From an uncultured Bacteroidales bacterium (lineage in GTDB: Bacteria > Bacteroidota > Bacteroidia > Bacteroidales > DTU049), in contig CAYMAZ010000003.1 of NCBI GenBank assembly GCA_964388575.1, positions 20,637 to 84,636 on the forward strand: a stretch of 64,000 bases of DNA, in the 5' to 3' direction. Below are positions 18,190 through 27,414 of the stretch, piece after piece (the first letter of the stretch is position 1; the number at the start of each line of letters is the position of its first letter). The notes under the pieces were generated by a model, which saw only the letters and a program-made list of their open reading frames with translations, did no database searches and was not told where the DNA came from. A program made the translations under genes and the position numbers.

Positions 18190-19620
18190 ATGCTCCCACT
18201 AACCAAAATCATAGCTGATATATATCAAAAATTCTCAGGAGAAAAAACACAGAGCGTTGTGCAGCTCCCGGCCACTGCCAGCGACAGGATTTATTTCAGA
18301 ATCACTGCTCACTCCGGACAGACTTTTATTGCCACATACAGCACCAATCTGCGTGAAAATGCCTCATTTGTCAATCTGAGCAGGCACTTTGCCAGTCACA
18401 CGTTAAATGTTCCAAAGATTTTGCATGTTGAACCAGATTTCTCAACATACATTCAGGATGATCTGGGTGATATGAGTCTGTTTTCACTTCTGCAGCAACA
18501 TCAGGAAAAGACAATCTCTGATGAAATTCGCAACTTTTATATGAAAGCTCTTGAGCAACTGATCCGCTTTCAGTTTGATGCCTCAGCGAATCTTGATTTT
18601 TCACATTGCTATCCTGTTGAAGCATTTGACAAACAAGCCATGATGTGGGACCTGAATTATTTTAAATACTATTTTCTGAAACCCTCGGGCATTCATTTTG
18701 AAGAAGATCTGCTCGAAAAAGACTTTCAGGCACTCACTGACTTTTTGCTTCAGAAACATCATTACCAGTTCATGTTTCGCGATTTTCAGTCCAGAAACAT
18801 CATGATCTGTGACAACAAAACTTACCTGATTGATTATCAGGGCGGTCGCAAAGGTCCTTACACTTACGATCTTGCGTCCTGCATACTGGATGCAAAGGCA
18901 GATTTGCCTGATTATTTCCGTCAAGAACTGACAGAAGCATATTTCAAACTCATTCCTGATAAAGAAAAACCCAATCGCCTGAATTTTAACAATGAACTGA
19001 TTGCCTGTCAACTGATCCGCATTCTGCAGGCTTTCGGGGCGTACGGTTTCAGAGGCATGATTCAGAAAAAAACGTTGTTTCTGCAAAGCATTCCCTATGC
19101 TGCCGCAAATCTTAAACATCTTCTGAAAGAAAATCTGCCGTTTGAGGTTCCACATCTCAAAATCATTCTGAATAACATGACTGAAAAGTACCACAAAAAA
19201 CCAGATCAGATGATATCAGGAAAATTGACTGTCCGGATTTACAGCTTTTCATACAAAAAAGGCATTCCCGATGACACGACAATCAATGGCGGTGGTTTTG
19301 TGTTTGACTGCCGTTCACTTCCCAATCCAGGACGTATTGCAGAAATGCAGATAAAAACCGGTTTTGATCACGAAGTGATTCACTTACTTGAAAGTGAAGA
19401 TGCTGTTGGAAAATATATTTCCTCTGCAGCAAAACTGGTAACTTCATCTGTTGACAATTACCTGAAAAGAGGATTTTCTGATCTTATGGTCAGTTTCGGA
19501 TGCACCGGAGGTCAACACCGTTCCGTTTTCTGTGCCAATGCTTTATATGCTTTACTTAAGAAAAAATACGAAAACGAGAATATTCTTATTGAAATTTCTC
19601 ATCGCGAGTTGATCAAGTAA
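18190..19620 (+). CDS. Fusion protein: APH/AmgK-like (eukaryotic-like kinase fold) phosphotransferase domain + RapZ C-terminal domain
   Basis: The N-terminal two thirds carry an FRDFQSRNIM catalytic loop and LIDYQGG (DFQ-type Mg site), as in the APH / choline / MurNAc-kinase family. The C-terminal roughly 140 aa carry FDCRSLPNPGR ... FGCTGGQHRSV, the signature of the RapZ (YhbJ) C-domain. The track start is a TTG one codon upstream of the ATG. Confidence 0.75.
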   Translation: MLPLTKIIADIYQKFSGEKTQSVVQLPATASDRIYFRITAHSGQTFIATYSTNLRENASFVNLSRHFASHTLNVPKILHVEPDFSTYIQDDLGDMSLFSLLQQHQEKTISDEIRNFYMKALEQLIRFQFDASANLDFSHCYPVEAFDKQAMMWDLNYFKYYFLKPSGIHFEEDLLEKDFQALTDFLLQKHHYQFMFRDFQSRNIMICDNKTYLIDYQGGRKGPYTYDLASCILDAKADLPDYFRQELTEAYFKLIPDKEKPNRLNFNNELIACQLIRILQAFGAYGFRGMIQKKTLFLQSIPYAAANLKHLLKENLPFEVPHLKIILNNMTEKYHKKPDQMISGKLTVRIYSFSYKKGIPDDTTINGGGFVFDCRSLPNPGRIAEMQIKTGFDHEVIHLLESEDAVGKYISSAAKLVTSSVDNYLKRGFSDLMVSFGCTGGQHRSVFCANALYALLKKKYENENILIEISHRELIK

Positions 19621-19636
19621 GCAGGTTGTTTAAAAA

Positions 19637-20116
19637 TTACAAAGAATAAGTCAGACCAACTCTGAAAATTGGATTTTTTGTTGGAGAGAATCCTTCCTTG
19701 TAAAGGAAATCGTATAGGACAGATCCTTTGAACCACAATCCGTCGGAAATTTCATGCTGATATCCAACACCGACAGGCAATCCCATTACCCATTCTCTGG
19801 TCCCTTGTGAGTAGATATACGCACTTGTTGCAGAAAATTCAGCATGCAGAAATACGCCCTTATAGATATCTGCCTGAGTATAAACCTGTATTCCGTAGGC
19901 CAGGTAATCTGAACTTTCATGATATGAAAGAAACGGAGCTACACCAGATTCAAAAATACTGTATTTGTAACCGATCTTTGGGGCTAGTTCAATAAAATAA
20001 CCATCATTTCTGTAGTCAACACCCAAAGTACCACCAGTTACCACCTGAGCGTGTGATGCAAACTCAATAGCACACAATAAAAATGCTGATAAAAACAGAG
20101 ATTTAAATGTTTTCAT
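19637..20116 (-). CDS. Small outer-membrane beta-barrel protein (hypothetical)
   Basis: 159 aa. Signal peptide ending AQ, alternating hydrophobic pattern, C-terminal ...RVGLTYSL. Confidence 0.55.
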   Translation of the reverse strand: MKTFKSLFLSAFLLCAIEFASHAQVVTGGTLGVDYRNDGYFIELAPKIGYKYSIFESGVAPFLSYHESSDYLAYGIQVYTQADIYKGVFLHAEFSATSAYIYSQGTREWVMGLPVGVGYQHEISDGLWFKGSVLYDFLYKEGFSPTKNPIFRVGLTYSL

Positions 20117-20132
20117 AATATGTTTTTTTATG

Positions 20133-20140
20133 CAAAAATA
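20133..20140 (-). promoter_or_regulatory. Bacteroidota -7 promoter box (TATTTTTG)
   Basis: Plus strand reads caaaaata, 17 nt upstream of the ATG at 20116. Confidence 0.45.
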
Positions 20141-20193
20141 TTAAAATAATATTATATTTAGTTTTTTTACAAATTAAATTCTATTCTGAGTGT

Positions 20194-20901
20194 TCAGGGA
20201 GTTGATAAAGAGACGGGAATAATTTTTCCGTTAAAATAATTGTGTCCATGAAGTGCAAAGTACCCCACAAATTCTCCAATTTGTTCAGGTGTCAGAGGTG
20301 CCTGATACCCTGGAAAGACTTTCGATAGCATTTCCGTTTGCACAGCTCCGGGCGCAACAGCATTTACAAAAATTTCAGAATCAGAAAGTTCAGTTGCAAG
20401 GCATTCCGTCAGGCAGGATAATGCTGCTTTACTTGCTGAGTACACACTTAATCCAGGAAATTTCACGCTTCCCTGAAAACCACCCATACTTGTAATATTC
20501 ACAATATGGGCAGGTTTAGAGAATAAGGGGAGAAATGACTGAATTAGAAAAAAAGGAGTTTTAAAATTTGTACTCATAACATGGCTGAAATCTCCCGGTG
20601 AAATATCTGCATATTCTTTATTCACAATTGCGCCGGCATTATTAATCAGAGTATGAATTTCTCTGGCATAATTTGATACATCTTGCAGGAGTTTTGGAAA
20701 ACCATCAATATCAGAAAGATCAAAGGGAAGGGGAACAAATCTGCCTTTATGGGATACTGAGCTAAGCTTTTCAGATATTCTGTTTAGCTTTTCTTCATTT
20801 CTGGCTATTCCGATCACCAATACTTCATAATTTTCCACCAGATAGACTGCAGTTCCTTCGCCAATTCCACTACTACATCCAGTAATTACAACATTTTTCA
20901 T
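20194..20901 (-). CDS. SDR-family oxidoreductase
   Basis: 235 aa. TGCSSGIG cofactor motif, NNAG, and YSASKAA catalytic motif. Confidence 0.88.
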   Translation of the reverse strand: MKNVVITGCSSGIGEGTAVYLVENYEVLVIGIARNEEKLNRISEKLSSVSHKGRFVPLPFDLSDIDGFPKLLQDVSNYAREIHTLINNAGAIVNKEYADISPGDFSHVMSTNFKTPFFLIQSFLPLFSKPAHIVNITSMGGFQGSVKFPGLSVYSASKAALSCLTECLATELSDSEIFVNAVAPGAVQTEMLSKVFPGYQAPLTPEQIGEFVGYFALHGHNYFNGKIIPVSLSTP

Positions 20902-21049
20902 TATTCAGATTATTTGGGATAAAATTACGCTTTTTTTCAGAAGCCGGATAAATATGCAAAAAAATCACTGAACAATGGGATAAAAATCTATTCATCTTGT
21001 TTTTCAAGTCAAAAATATTGTAATTTTACATATTCGAAAACACCATTGA

Positions 21050-22144
21050 ATGAGATTTCTATTTTTCTCCATTTGCATAATTTTACACGGTGTTGTAAAC
21101 ATATCTGAAGTGTATTCCCAAACCAACACACCAAAATATTCCAATGAATTTCTTTCAATTGGGATCGGAGCCCGTTCCATGGCAATGTCTGGTTCTGTTG
21201 CAGCCACTGTTGACGATGCTTCTGCCGGATACTGGAACCCTTCAAGATTGCATCTTCTCAATGGTGAAAGACAGCTGTGTCTGATGCATGCTGAGTATTT
21301 TGCCGGGATTGCGAAATACGACTACGGCAGTCTTGGCCTGAAACTTGACGACAGTTCAGCCCTTGCTGTTTCCTTTATCCGATTTGGTGTGGACAACATT
21401 CCCAACACTACAGATCTTGTTGATGGACAAGGCAACATTCATTATGACAGGATTACCACTTTTTCACTGGCTGATATGGCATTTCTTATTTCCTACGGAA
21501 GAAAAACACAAATTGAAAATCTTTCACTTGGTGGAAGTGTTAAAATCATTAGACGAAAAATTGGTGATTTTGCAGGTGCCTGGGGCTTTGGTCTTGACTT
21601 TGCAACATCCTATTCAACAGGGCCATGGCTTTTGGCAGCTGTGGCAAGAGACGCAACTTCAACTTTTAATGCATGGAGTTTCAATCTTTCAGACCGGATG
21701 AAAGAAGTATTTACAATCACCGGAAACATCATTCCTGAAAACTCACTGGAAATTACCTTACCGTCGCTTCTCCTTGCAGCAGGCAGACAGATTGATATTT
21801 CTCCTTCTTTTGCAATCTTGCCTGAAGCAGGGCTTCATGTTACTTTCGACGGAAAAAGAAACGTCCCTGTCAAAACGAATGTGTTCAGTATCTCACCACA
21901 TCTTGGCATTGAAACATCGTACAAGCAATTTATCTACTTCAGAATCGGAATTGGCAATATTCAGCAGGAATACAACACAGACGGAAAAAAAATAACATCT
22001 TTTCAGCCCAATATGGGCATTGGGATCAACATTCAAGACAGATTTTCAATTGATTATGCGCTTACTGATATCGGAGATCAATCAATGGCTCTCAATTCGA
22101 ATATTTTTTCTCTCCGCATGTCATTTAACCGTGGTCAAAAATAG
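21050..22144 (+). CDS. PorV/PorQ-family outer membrane beta-barrel protein (second copy, PorV2-like)
   Basis: 364 aa. FLSIGIGARSMAMSGSVAATVDDASAGYWNPS parallels the PorV motif LIAPDARSGALGDAGVAISPDANSMHYNPA at 47.7 kb. It lies directly upstream of a C25-like gene. Confidence 0.72.
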   Translation: MRFLFFSICIILHGVVNISEVYSQTNTPKYSNEFLSIGIGARSMAMSGSVAATVDDASAGYWNPSRLHLLNGERQLCLMHAEYFAGIAKYDYGSLGLKLDDSSALAVSFIRFGVDNIPNTTDLVDGQGNIHYDRITTFSLADMAFLISYGRKTQIENLSLGGSVKIIRRKIGDFAGAWGFGLDFATSYSTGPWLLAAVARDATSTFNAWSFNLSDRMKEVFTITGNIIPENSLEITLPSLLLAAGRQIDISPSFAILPEAGLHVTFDGKRNVPVKTNVFSISPHLGIETSYKQFIYFRIGIGNIQQEYNTDGKKITSFQPNMGIGINIQDRFSIDYALTDIGDQSMALNSNIFSLRMSFNRGQK

Positions 22145-22150
22145 TTGAAT

Positions 22151-25100
22151 ATGCAGAAAAAACCTGAATTGTTTATATTTATTATTCTGACATTCCTACT
22201 GTTTCTCCCCGGAACAAATCAGGCACAATATTCAAATAGCTGGATAAATTTTAATCAGAAATACTACAGAATCCCAATTGTTCAGGACGGAATATACAGA
22301 ATAGGGTTGCCGGCACTTACAGCAGCAGGACTAATACTTACCTCGATAGACCCCAGACAAATTCAAATATTTCATGAAGGAGAAGAGCAGTACATCTATG
22401 TGCACGGAGAAAATGACGGGATCTTCCACCCGAATGATTATATTGAATTTTACGGAAAGCGAAACACTGCATCAGCTGATATTCCCATGTTTTCAAATCC
22501 TGAACATGTTGCAAACCCAAATTACAGCTTTTTCAATGATACTGCTTGTTACTTTCTAACAGTTACATCGGGAATCAACAACAGAAGAATTGTCAGAGAA
22601 ACAGACAATAATTACAATGCCTACACACCGGTTCCCTATTTCTGGAAGACTTCGAGACAAGATTATACAAGCACATATTTCGGGGGAAGACCCAATTCAT
22701 CAGGAACAACAGATTTTGAATACTCTGATGCAGAAGGCTGGTTTGATGTTGCCTTTGGAATAAATTCTCTAACACCTGGTGTTGCTGTTACAGTTTCCAA
22801 AAACATACCCACTCCACAGGCTTTTACTGCAGGTCCATCAGCAAGTGTAGACTTGAAAGTAATCGGAGCCAGCAACTATATCGGATTAAATCCTGATCAC
22901 CATCTTATCATTCAGTTTCCCGGAAAAACAATTGACACACTGTATGAAGGATACACCACACTTCATATACAGTCTTCCATCAACCCTATTCAACTGGGAA
23001 CATCAAACACAACTTTTACATTTACATTACCCAATGATCTTGGAAGCGCCGCTGACAGGAATACAATTGCATATATTCAAGTCAAATATCCCCACACAAT
23101 GAACATGGAAAATCAGCAAAAAATGTTCATTCAGGTCCCTGATCAGTCAGGACTAAAATCTCAGCTGCAACTGACCAATATCAATGTGACACAGGGAGAC
23201 AGTATACTTGCTTTTGATCTGACAAACAAAAAACGTATCAATATGGTGCCTTATGGTCCGGCATTTAAGTCTGTTATTTTTAACAACGGGAGTGACAAAG
23301 ATGTTTTTGTGACAACAGGCAGCCAGATTATCAACATACAAACCATTACTCCTGTTAATCAACAGTATAGCAGCGGAACATTTACAAACTATTCCGACTT
23401 CCAGTTTTCAGAAACCGATTACATCATCATAACCCATTCATCACTGATGGCAGGAGCAACTCAATATGCAGGTTACAGAACTTCCAAAGGATACAATGTG
23501 TTGCTTGCAGATGTGCAGACTTTATATGATCAGTTTGGTTACGGAATCCGGAAGCATCCCATGGCAGTAAAGAATTTCATTTCGTTTGCCCTTGATCATT
23601 TTGCAGACACCATTCACGGACTTTTTCTTATCGGGAAAGGCTACAAAGCAGGAGAAAATCCATCATACAGAAATAATCCATCAATTTATTCCCAAACACT
23701 TCTCCCTTCCATGGGAAATCCACCTTCTGACCTGCTTTTTTCAACAAAGATCAAGGTAAATTCACTGGTTCCTGAAATACCCACAGGACGATTAAGTGCC
23801 AAAACCAATCTCAACGTCACTTCTTATCTCAATAAAATTATTGAGTATGAAACCGCACAATCAGCACCCTACAATATTTCCAATCCAATGGAAAAGGAAT
23901 GGATGAAAAAAGCACTGCATTTTGCTGGTGGATCAAATGCCAGTCAGGGAGCATTACTGGAATCCTTTTTAAATGAATACAGAGATTCTCTCGTAGATCC
24001 TCATTTTGGGGCCACTGTTAGAACATTCAAGAAAAATACCACCGACCCAATGCAGCAGATTATTTCAGACTCACTAAAAAATCTCATCAACAATGGTGTA
24101 TCAATATTGAACTTCTTTGGTCATGCAGCAGGTATTGGTTTTGACATCAGTATAGATAATCCTTCTGAATACAGCAACTATAAAAAATACTTTTTCATCC
24201 TGGCAAATTCGTGTCTTTCAGGCGATCTGTTTCAACAAACCCAAACTTCAAGTGAAGTTTTTGTACTGATTGAAAACAAAGGTGCAATCGGATATCTAGG
24301 ATCAACAACCAATGCACTTGCAGACCTGCTACATATTTACTCGTCAAATTTTATAGGTGGCATTTCCTATTCAAATTATGGTAAATCTGTTGGGAGCAGT
24401 ATACAGAAAGCCATCGCCAGGATTGACAACCCTTCCAATCCGTTTATTAAAGAAATTTGTTATTCAATGACATTGCACGGAGATCCTGTTCTATGCATCA
24501 ATCCTCATCCACTGCCAGACTTTGTAATGCACCCTCCATCAATTTTGTTCAATCCTCCTGTTGTTACAACCGAAACAGATTCATTTGAAGTTATTGTAAT
24601 TTCTAAAAATCTTGGAAAATCTGTTGTTGATAATTTTGCAATTGAGCTCACACGAATGTATCCGGACAACTCAAGCGAAACTTATGTTCAGTCCATTCCT
24701 GCAACAATTAATACCGATACCGTCATCTTTACGGTTCCGGTTGATTTATCAAAAGGTGTTGGAATCAATTCATTTACTGCAACTCTTGATGCTTATTTCA
24801 ATATTGAAGAAATTACAGAAACCAATAATTCAGCTTCAAAACAACTTTTGATAACATCTTCTGACGTCATTCCAATTTATCCATATGAATTTGCTGTTGT
24901 TTCTGACAATGTCATAATACTGACTGCATCTACCGGTAACCCCTTTGCTCCATCAAACACGTATATTTTTGAAATTGATACAACTGACGTATTTAACAGT
25001 CCTTTTAAACAAACCGGAACAGTTGTTTCTTCCGGAGGAATCATAGAATGGGCTCTTCCTTTTTCCATGTCAACAATGCCCGACAGTACTGTTTATTACT

Positions 25101-27250
25101 GGAGAACATCTGTTTCCGGAGGGAGTATATGGAGGGAAAGTTCTTTTCAGTACATTGAGGGCAAACGTGGTTGGGGGCAGGCTCATTTTTTTCAGTTCAA
25201 AAAAAACCAGTATGATAAAATCACATTCGACACACAAAGCAGACAGTTCAGTTTTGATACCGCAAGTGTATGGATTTCGGCACAAACAGGGTATTACGAT
25301 GGCATTCTGAATCCAACCTTTGAATGGTTTGAGGAATGGTATAAGGTAAATGGTATTATGAAAGGCAACTGGTCGTGCACCAATTACAACGGCAACGGGA
25401 TGAAATTTGCCGTATTCGATCCCTTAACTATTGAGCCCTGGATGAGCAAATTTGACGGCAGTGGCATTGGTCCTTACGGAAATTTGCACTGCAGAAATTA
25501 TGACTGGTGGGACTTTGATTATTTTACTTTCAGACCAGACTCTGCAGATCAGAATTACTGGCATATGAAAATGTCAGGACTGATAGATACAGTTCCAGCA
25601 GGACATTATGTTCTTGCATTTAGTCATCGAAACCATAACGCTGAAAACTATCCTGAAGAATTATATCAGGCATTCGAGTCAATCGGAAGCGGATATATCA
25701 GAACCATTGAAAACAACAAACCCTATATGATTTTCGGACGGAAGGGAGATGCCCCCGGAACAGCGCAGGAAAGTATCGGTGCTGCATTGACATCAGTGAT
25801 TAAGAATGATTACTATCTGCCTACAAATTTTTATTACGGATCAATCAAATCAACATTGATCGGTCCGGCATCAGAATGGAAATCATTGCATTGGAGAATC
25901 GAGGAAACAGAACAGGGATCTTCAACAGATACCACATTCCTGTATGTACTCGGTCAAAACAGTATTGGCAGTTTTGACACTCTGATCGGACCTTTGCCTC
26001 CCTTTCCCGATTCACTCGACATTTTGGATCTGGATCAAAGAATTCAGGCCGGACAATATCCATATATCCAGCTTTTGCTTACGACCACTGATGAAATCAA
26101 CTTCACACCTTCACAACTCATTCGATGGCACGTACTTTATGAGGGAATGCCCGAAACAGCTCTCAGTCCCAATGTTCATTTCAACTTTTACAACGATACT
26201 ATTCAGGAAGGAGAACAAATTAAAATGAGTATTGCAACCAAAAATATCAGTCCTTATGATTTCCCTGACAGTCTGATGGTTGACTTCTGGATACTTACCA
26301 ACACAAATAATATTGCACCTCTTGTCAGAAACAAAAAAATTGACACCCATCCCTCCGGACACGTAATCATTGATTCCGTTTCATTTTCCACACTTGGAAT
26401 GAGCGGATTAAACAGTTTATGGATTGAATTCAATCCAATTGATACCGTAACAAATACCTATCATCAACTGGAACAACACCATTTCAACAACATTGCACAG
26501 ATTCCGTTTTACGTATCCAAAGACAAAATCAATCCGGTACTTGATGTTACATTTGATGGTATCAGAATCCTTGATGGTGATATTGTCAGTGCAAAACCAA
26601 ATATCCAGATTATGCTCAGTGATGAAAATCAGTTTCTGCTGCTGGATGATACTGCTGCAGTCAGAGTATTCATACAGCGTCCAGGGCAGGAACTGGAGCG
26701 AATATTTTTCAGAAGGAACAACATGGACCAAATGTTCTTTTATCCTGCCGGATCTACGTCAAACAACGCTGCACGTATCGAGTTTCCTGCCAATTTTCCG
26801 GTCGACGGAGAATATTTGCTTAGAGTTCAGGCTACTGATATGTCGCAAAACGAATCCGGAGATATTGATTATATTATTCATTTCAAAGTTATTAACAAAT
26901 CAACGATAACTGAAGTGATGAACTGGCCCAACCCATTTTCCACCCGGACACATTTTGTATTCACGCTGACAGGTTCTGTTATTCCCGATTATTTTAAGAT
27001 TCAGATCATGACTATTACCGGCAAGGTTGTGAGAGAAATTGACATTACTGAACTTGGGCCAATCCATATTGGCAGAAACATAACTCAATATGCATGGGAT
27101 GGCCGTGATCAGTTCGGGGATCAGCTTGCCAATGGTGTATACCTGTATCGCGTAATCACAAAAATCCGAAATGAAGATATTGAACTCAGCCAGACCCAGG
27201 CATCTCAATATTTCACTAAAGAATTCGGCAAAATGGTTCTAATTCGTTGA
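22151..27250 (+). CDS. Very large peptidase-C25 (gingipain/PorU-like) protein with T9SS C-terminal domain (PorU paralog)
   Basis: About 1699 aa. The N-terminal block GIYRIGLPAL..IDPRQIQIFHEGEEQYIYVHGENDGIFHPNDYIEFYG parallels PorU GIYRLTGQHL..IDPRNIRIFGNGG..LYVFGENDGVFNTSDYILFYA. His/Cys candidates are NFFGHAAG and ILANSCLSGD. The C-terminal domain is NWPNPFSTRTHFVF...GVYLYRV. The track start is a TTG two codons upstream of the ATG. Confidence 0.75.
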   Translation: MQKKPELFIFIILTFLLFLPGTNQAQYSNSWINFNQKYYRIPIVQDGIYRIGLPALTAAGLILTSIDPRQIQIFHEGEEQYIYVHGENDGIFHPNDYIEFYGKRNTASADIPMFSNPEHVANPNYSFFNDTACYFLTVTSGINNRRIVRETDNNYNAYTPVPYFWKTSRQDYTSTYFGGRPNSSGTTDFEYSDAEGWFDVAFGINSLTPGVAVTVSKNIPTPQAFTAGPSASVDLKVIGASNYIGLNPDHHLIIQFPGKTIDTLYEGYTTLHIQSSINPIQLGTSNTTFTFTLPNDLGSAADRNTIAYIQVKYPHTMNMENQQKMFIQVPDQSGLKSQLQLTNINVTQGDSILAFDLTNKKRINMVPYGPAFKSVIFNNGSDKDVFVTTGSQIINIQTITPVNQQYSSGTFTNYSDFQFSETDYIIITHSSLMAGATQYAGYRTSKGYNVLLADVQTLYDQFGYGIRKHPMAVKNFISFALDHFADTIHGLFLIGKGYKAGENPSYRNNPSIYSQTLLPSMGNPPSDLLFSTKIKVNSLVPEIPTGRLSAKTNLNVTSYLNKIIEYETAQSAPYNISNPMEKEWMKKALHFAGGSNASQGALLESFLNEYRDSLVDPHFGATVRTFKKNTTDPMQQIISDSLKNLINNGVSILNFFGHAAGIGFDISIDNPSEYSNYKKYFFILANSCLSGDLFQQTQTSSEVFVLIENKGAIGYLGSTTNALADLLHIYSSNFIGGISYSNYGKSVGSSIQKAIARIDNPSNPFIKEICYSMTLHGDPVLCINPHPLPDFVMHPPSILFNPPVVTTETDSFEVIVISKNLGKSVVDNFAIELTRMYPDNSSETYVQSIPATINTDTVIFTVPVDLSKGVGINSFTATLDAYFNIEEITETNNSASKQLLITSSDVIPIYPYEFAVVSDNVIILTASTGNPFAPSNTYIFEIDTTDVFNSPFKQTGTVVSSGGIIEWALPFSMSTMPDSTVYYWRTSVSGGSIWRESSFQYIEGKRGWGQAHFFQFKKNQYDKITFDTQSRQFSFDTASVWISAQTGYYDGILNPTFEWFEEWYKVNGIMKGNWSCTNYNGNGMKFAVFDPLTIEPWMSKFDGSGIGPYGNLHCRNYDWWDFDYFTFRPDSADQNYWHMKMSGLIDTVPAGHYVLAFSHRNHNAENYPEELYQAFESIGSGYIRTIENNKPYMIFGRKGDAPGTAQESIGAALTSVIKNDYYLPTNFYYGSIKSTLIGPASEWKSLHWRIEETEQGSSTDTTFLYVLGQNSIGSFDTLIGPLPPFPDSLDILDLDQRIQAGQYPYIQLLLTTTDEINFTPSQLIRWHVLYEGMPETALSPNVHFNFYNDTIQEGEQIKMSIATKNISPYDFPDSLMVDFWILTNTNNIAPLVRNKKIDTHPSGHVIIDSVSFSTLGMSGLNSLWIEFNPIDTVTNTYHQLEQHHFNNIAQIPFYVSKDKINPVLDVTFDGIRILDGDIVSAKPNIQIMLSDENQFLLLDDTAAVRVFIQRPGQELERIFFRRNNMDQMFFYPAGSTSNNAARIEFPANFPVDGEYLLRVQATDMSQNESGDIDYIIHFKVINKSTITEVMNWPNPFSTRTHFVFTLTGSVIPDYFKIQIMTITGKVVREIDITELGPIHIGRNITQYAWDGRDQFGDQLANGVYLYRVITKIRNEDIELSQTQASQYFTKEFGKMVLIR

Positions 27251-27379
27251 TCATTCAAATATACTTGTTTTTGATTGCTGACAGGATTTTAAGTTAAATG
27301 ACAATCTTCAAAAAAGTAATTAACATTGTAATGTTATTATTTTTTTGCTCTTTCAACATCCCAAAAACGCTAATGTTTC

Positions 27380-27387
27380 TATTTTTG
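27380..27387 (+). promoter_or_regulatory. Bacteroidota -7 promoter box (TATTTTTG)
   Basis: Exact TAnnTTTG ending 28 nt before the ATG at 27415. Confidence 0.4.
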
Positions 27388-27414
27388 GAAATATACATAT
27401 GATGGGATAAAACC

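Noticed and set aside
18601-19194. 197-aa ORF antisense to the kinase-RapZ fusion gene
   Set aside because: It lies fully inside a gene with clear kinase motifs and has a low-complexity, motif-free translation. It is a typical shadow ORF in AT-rich DNA.
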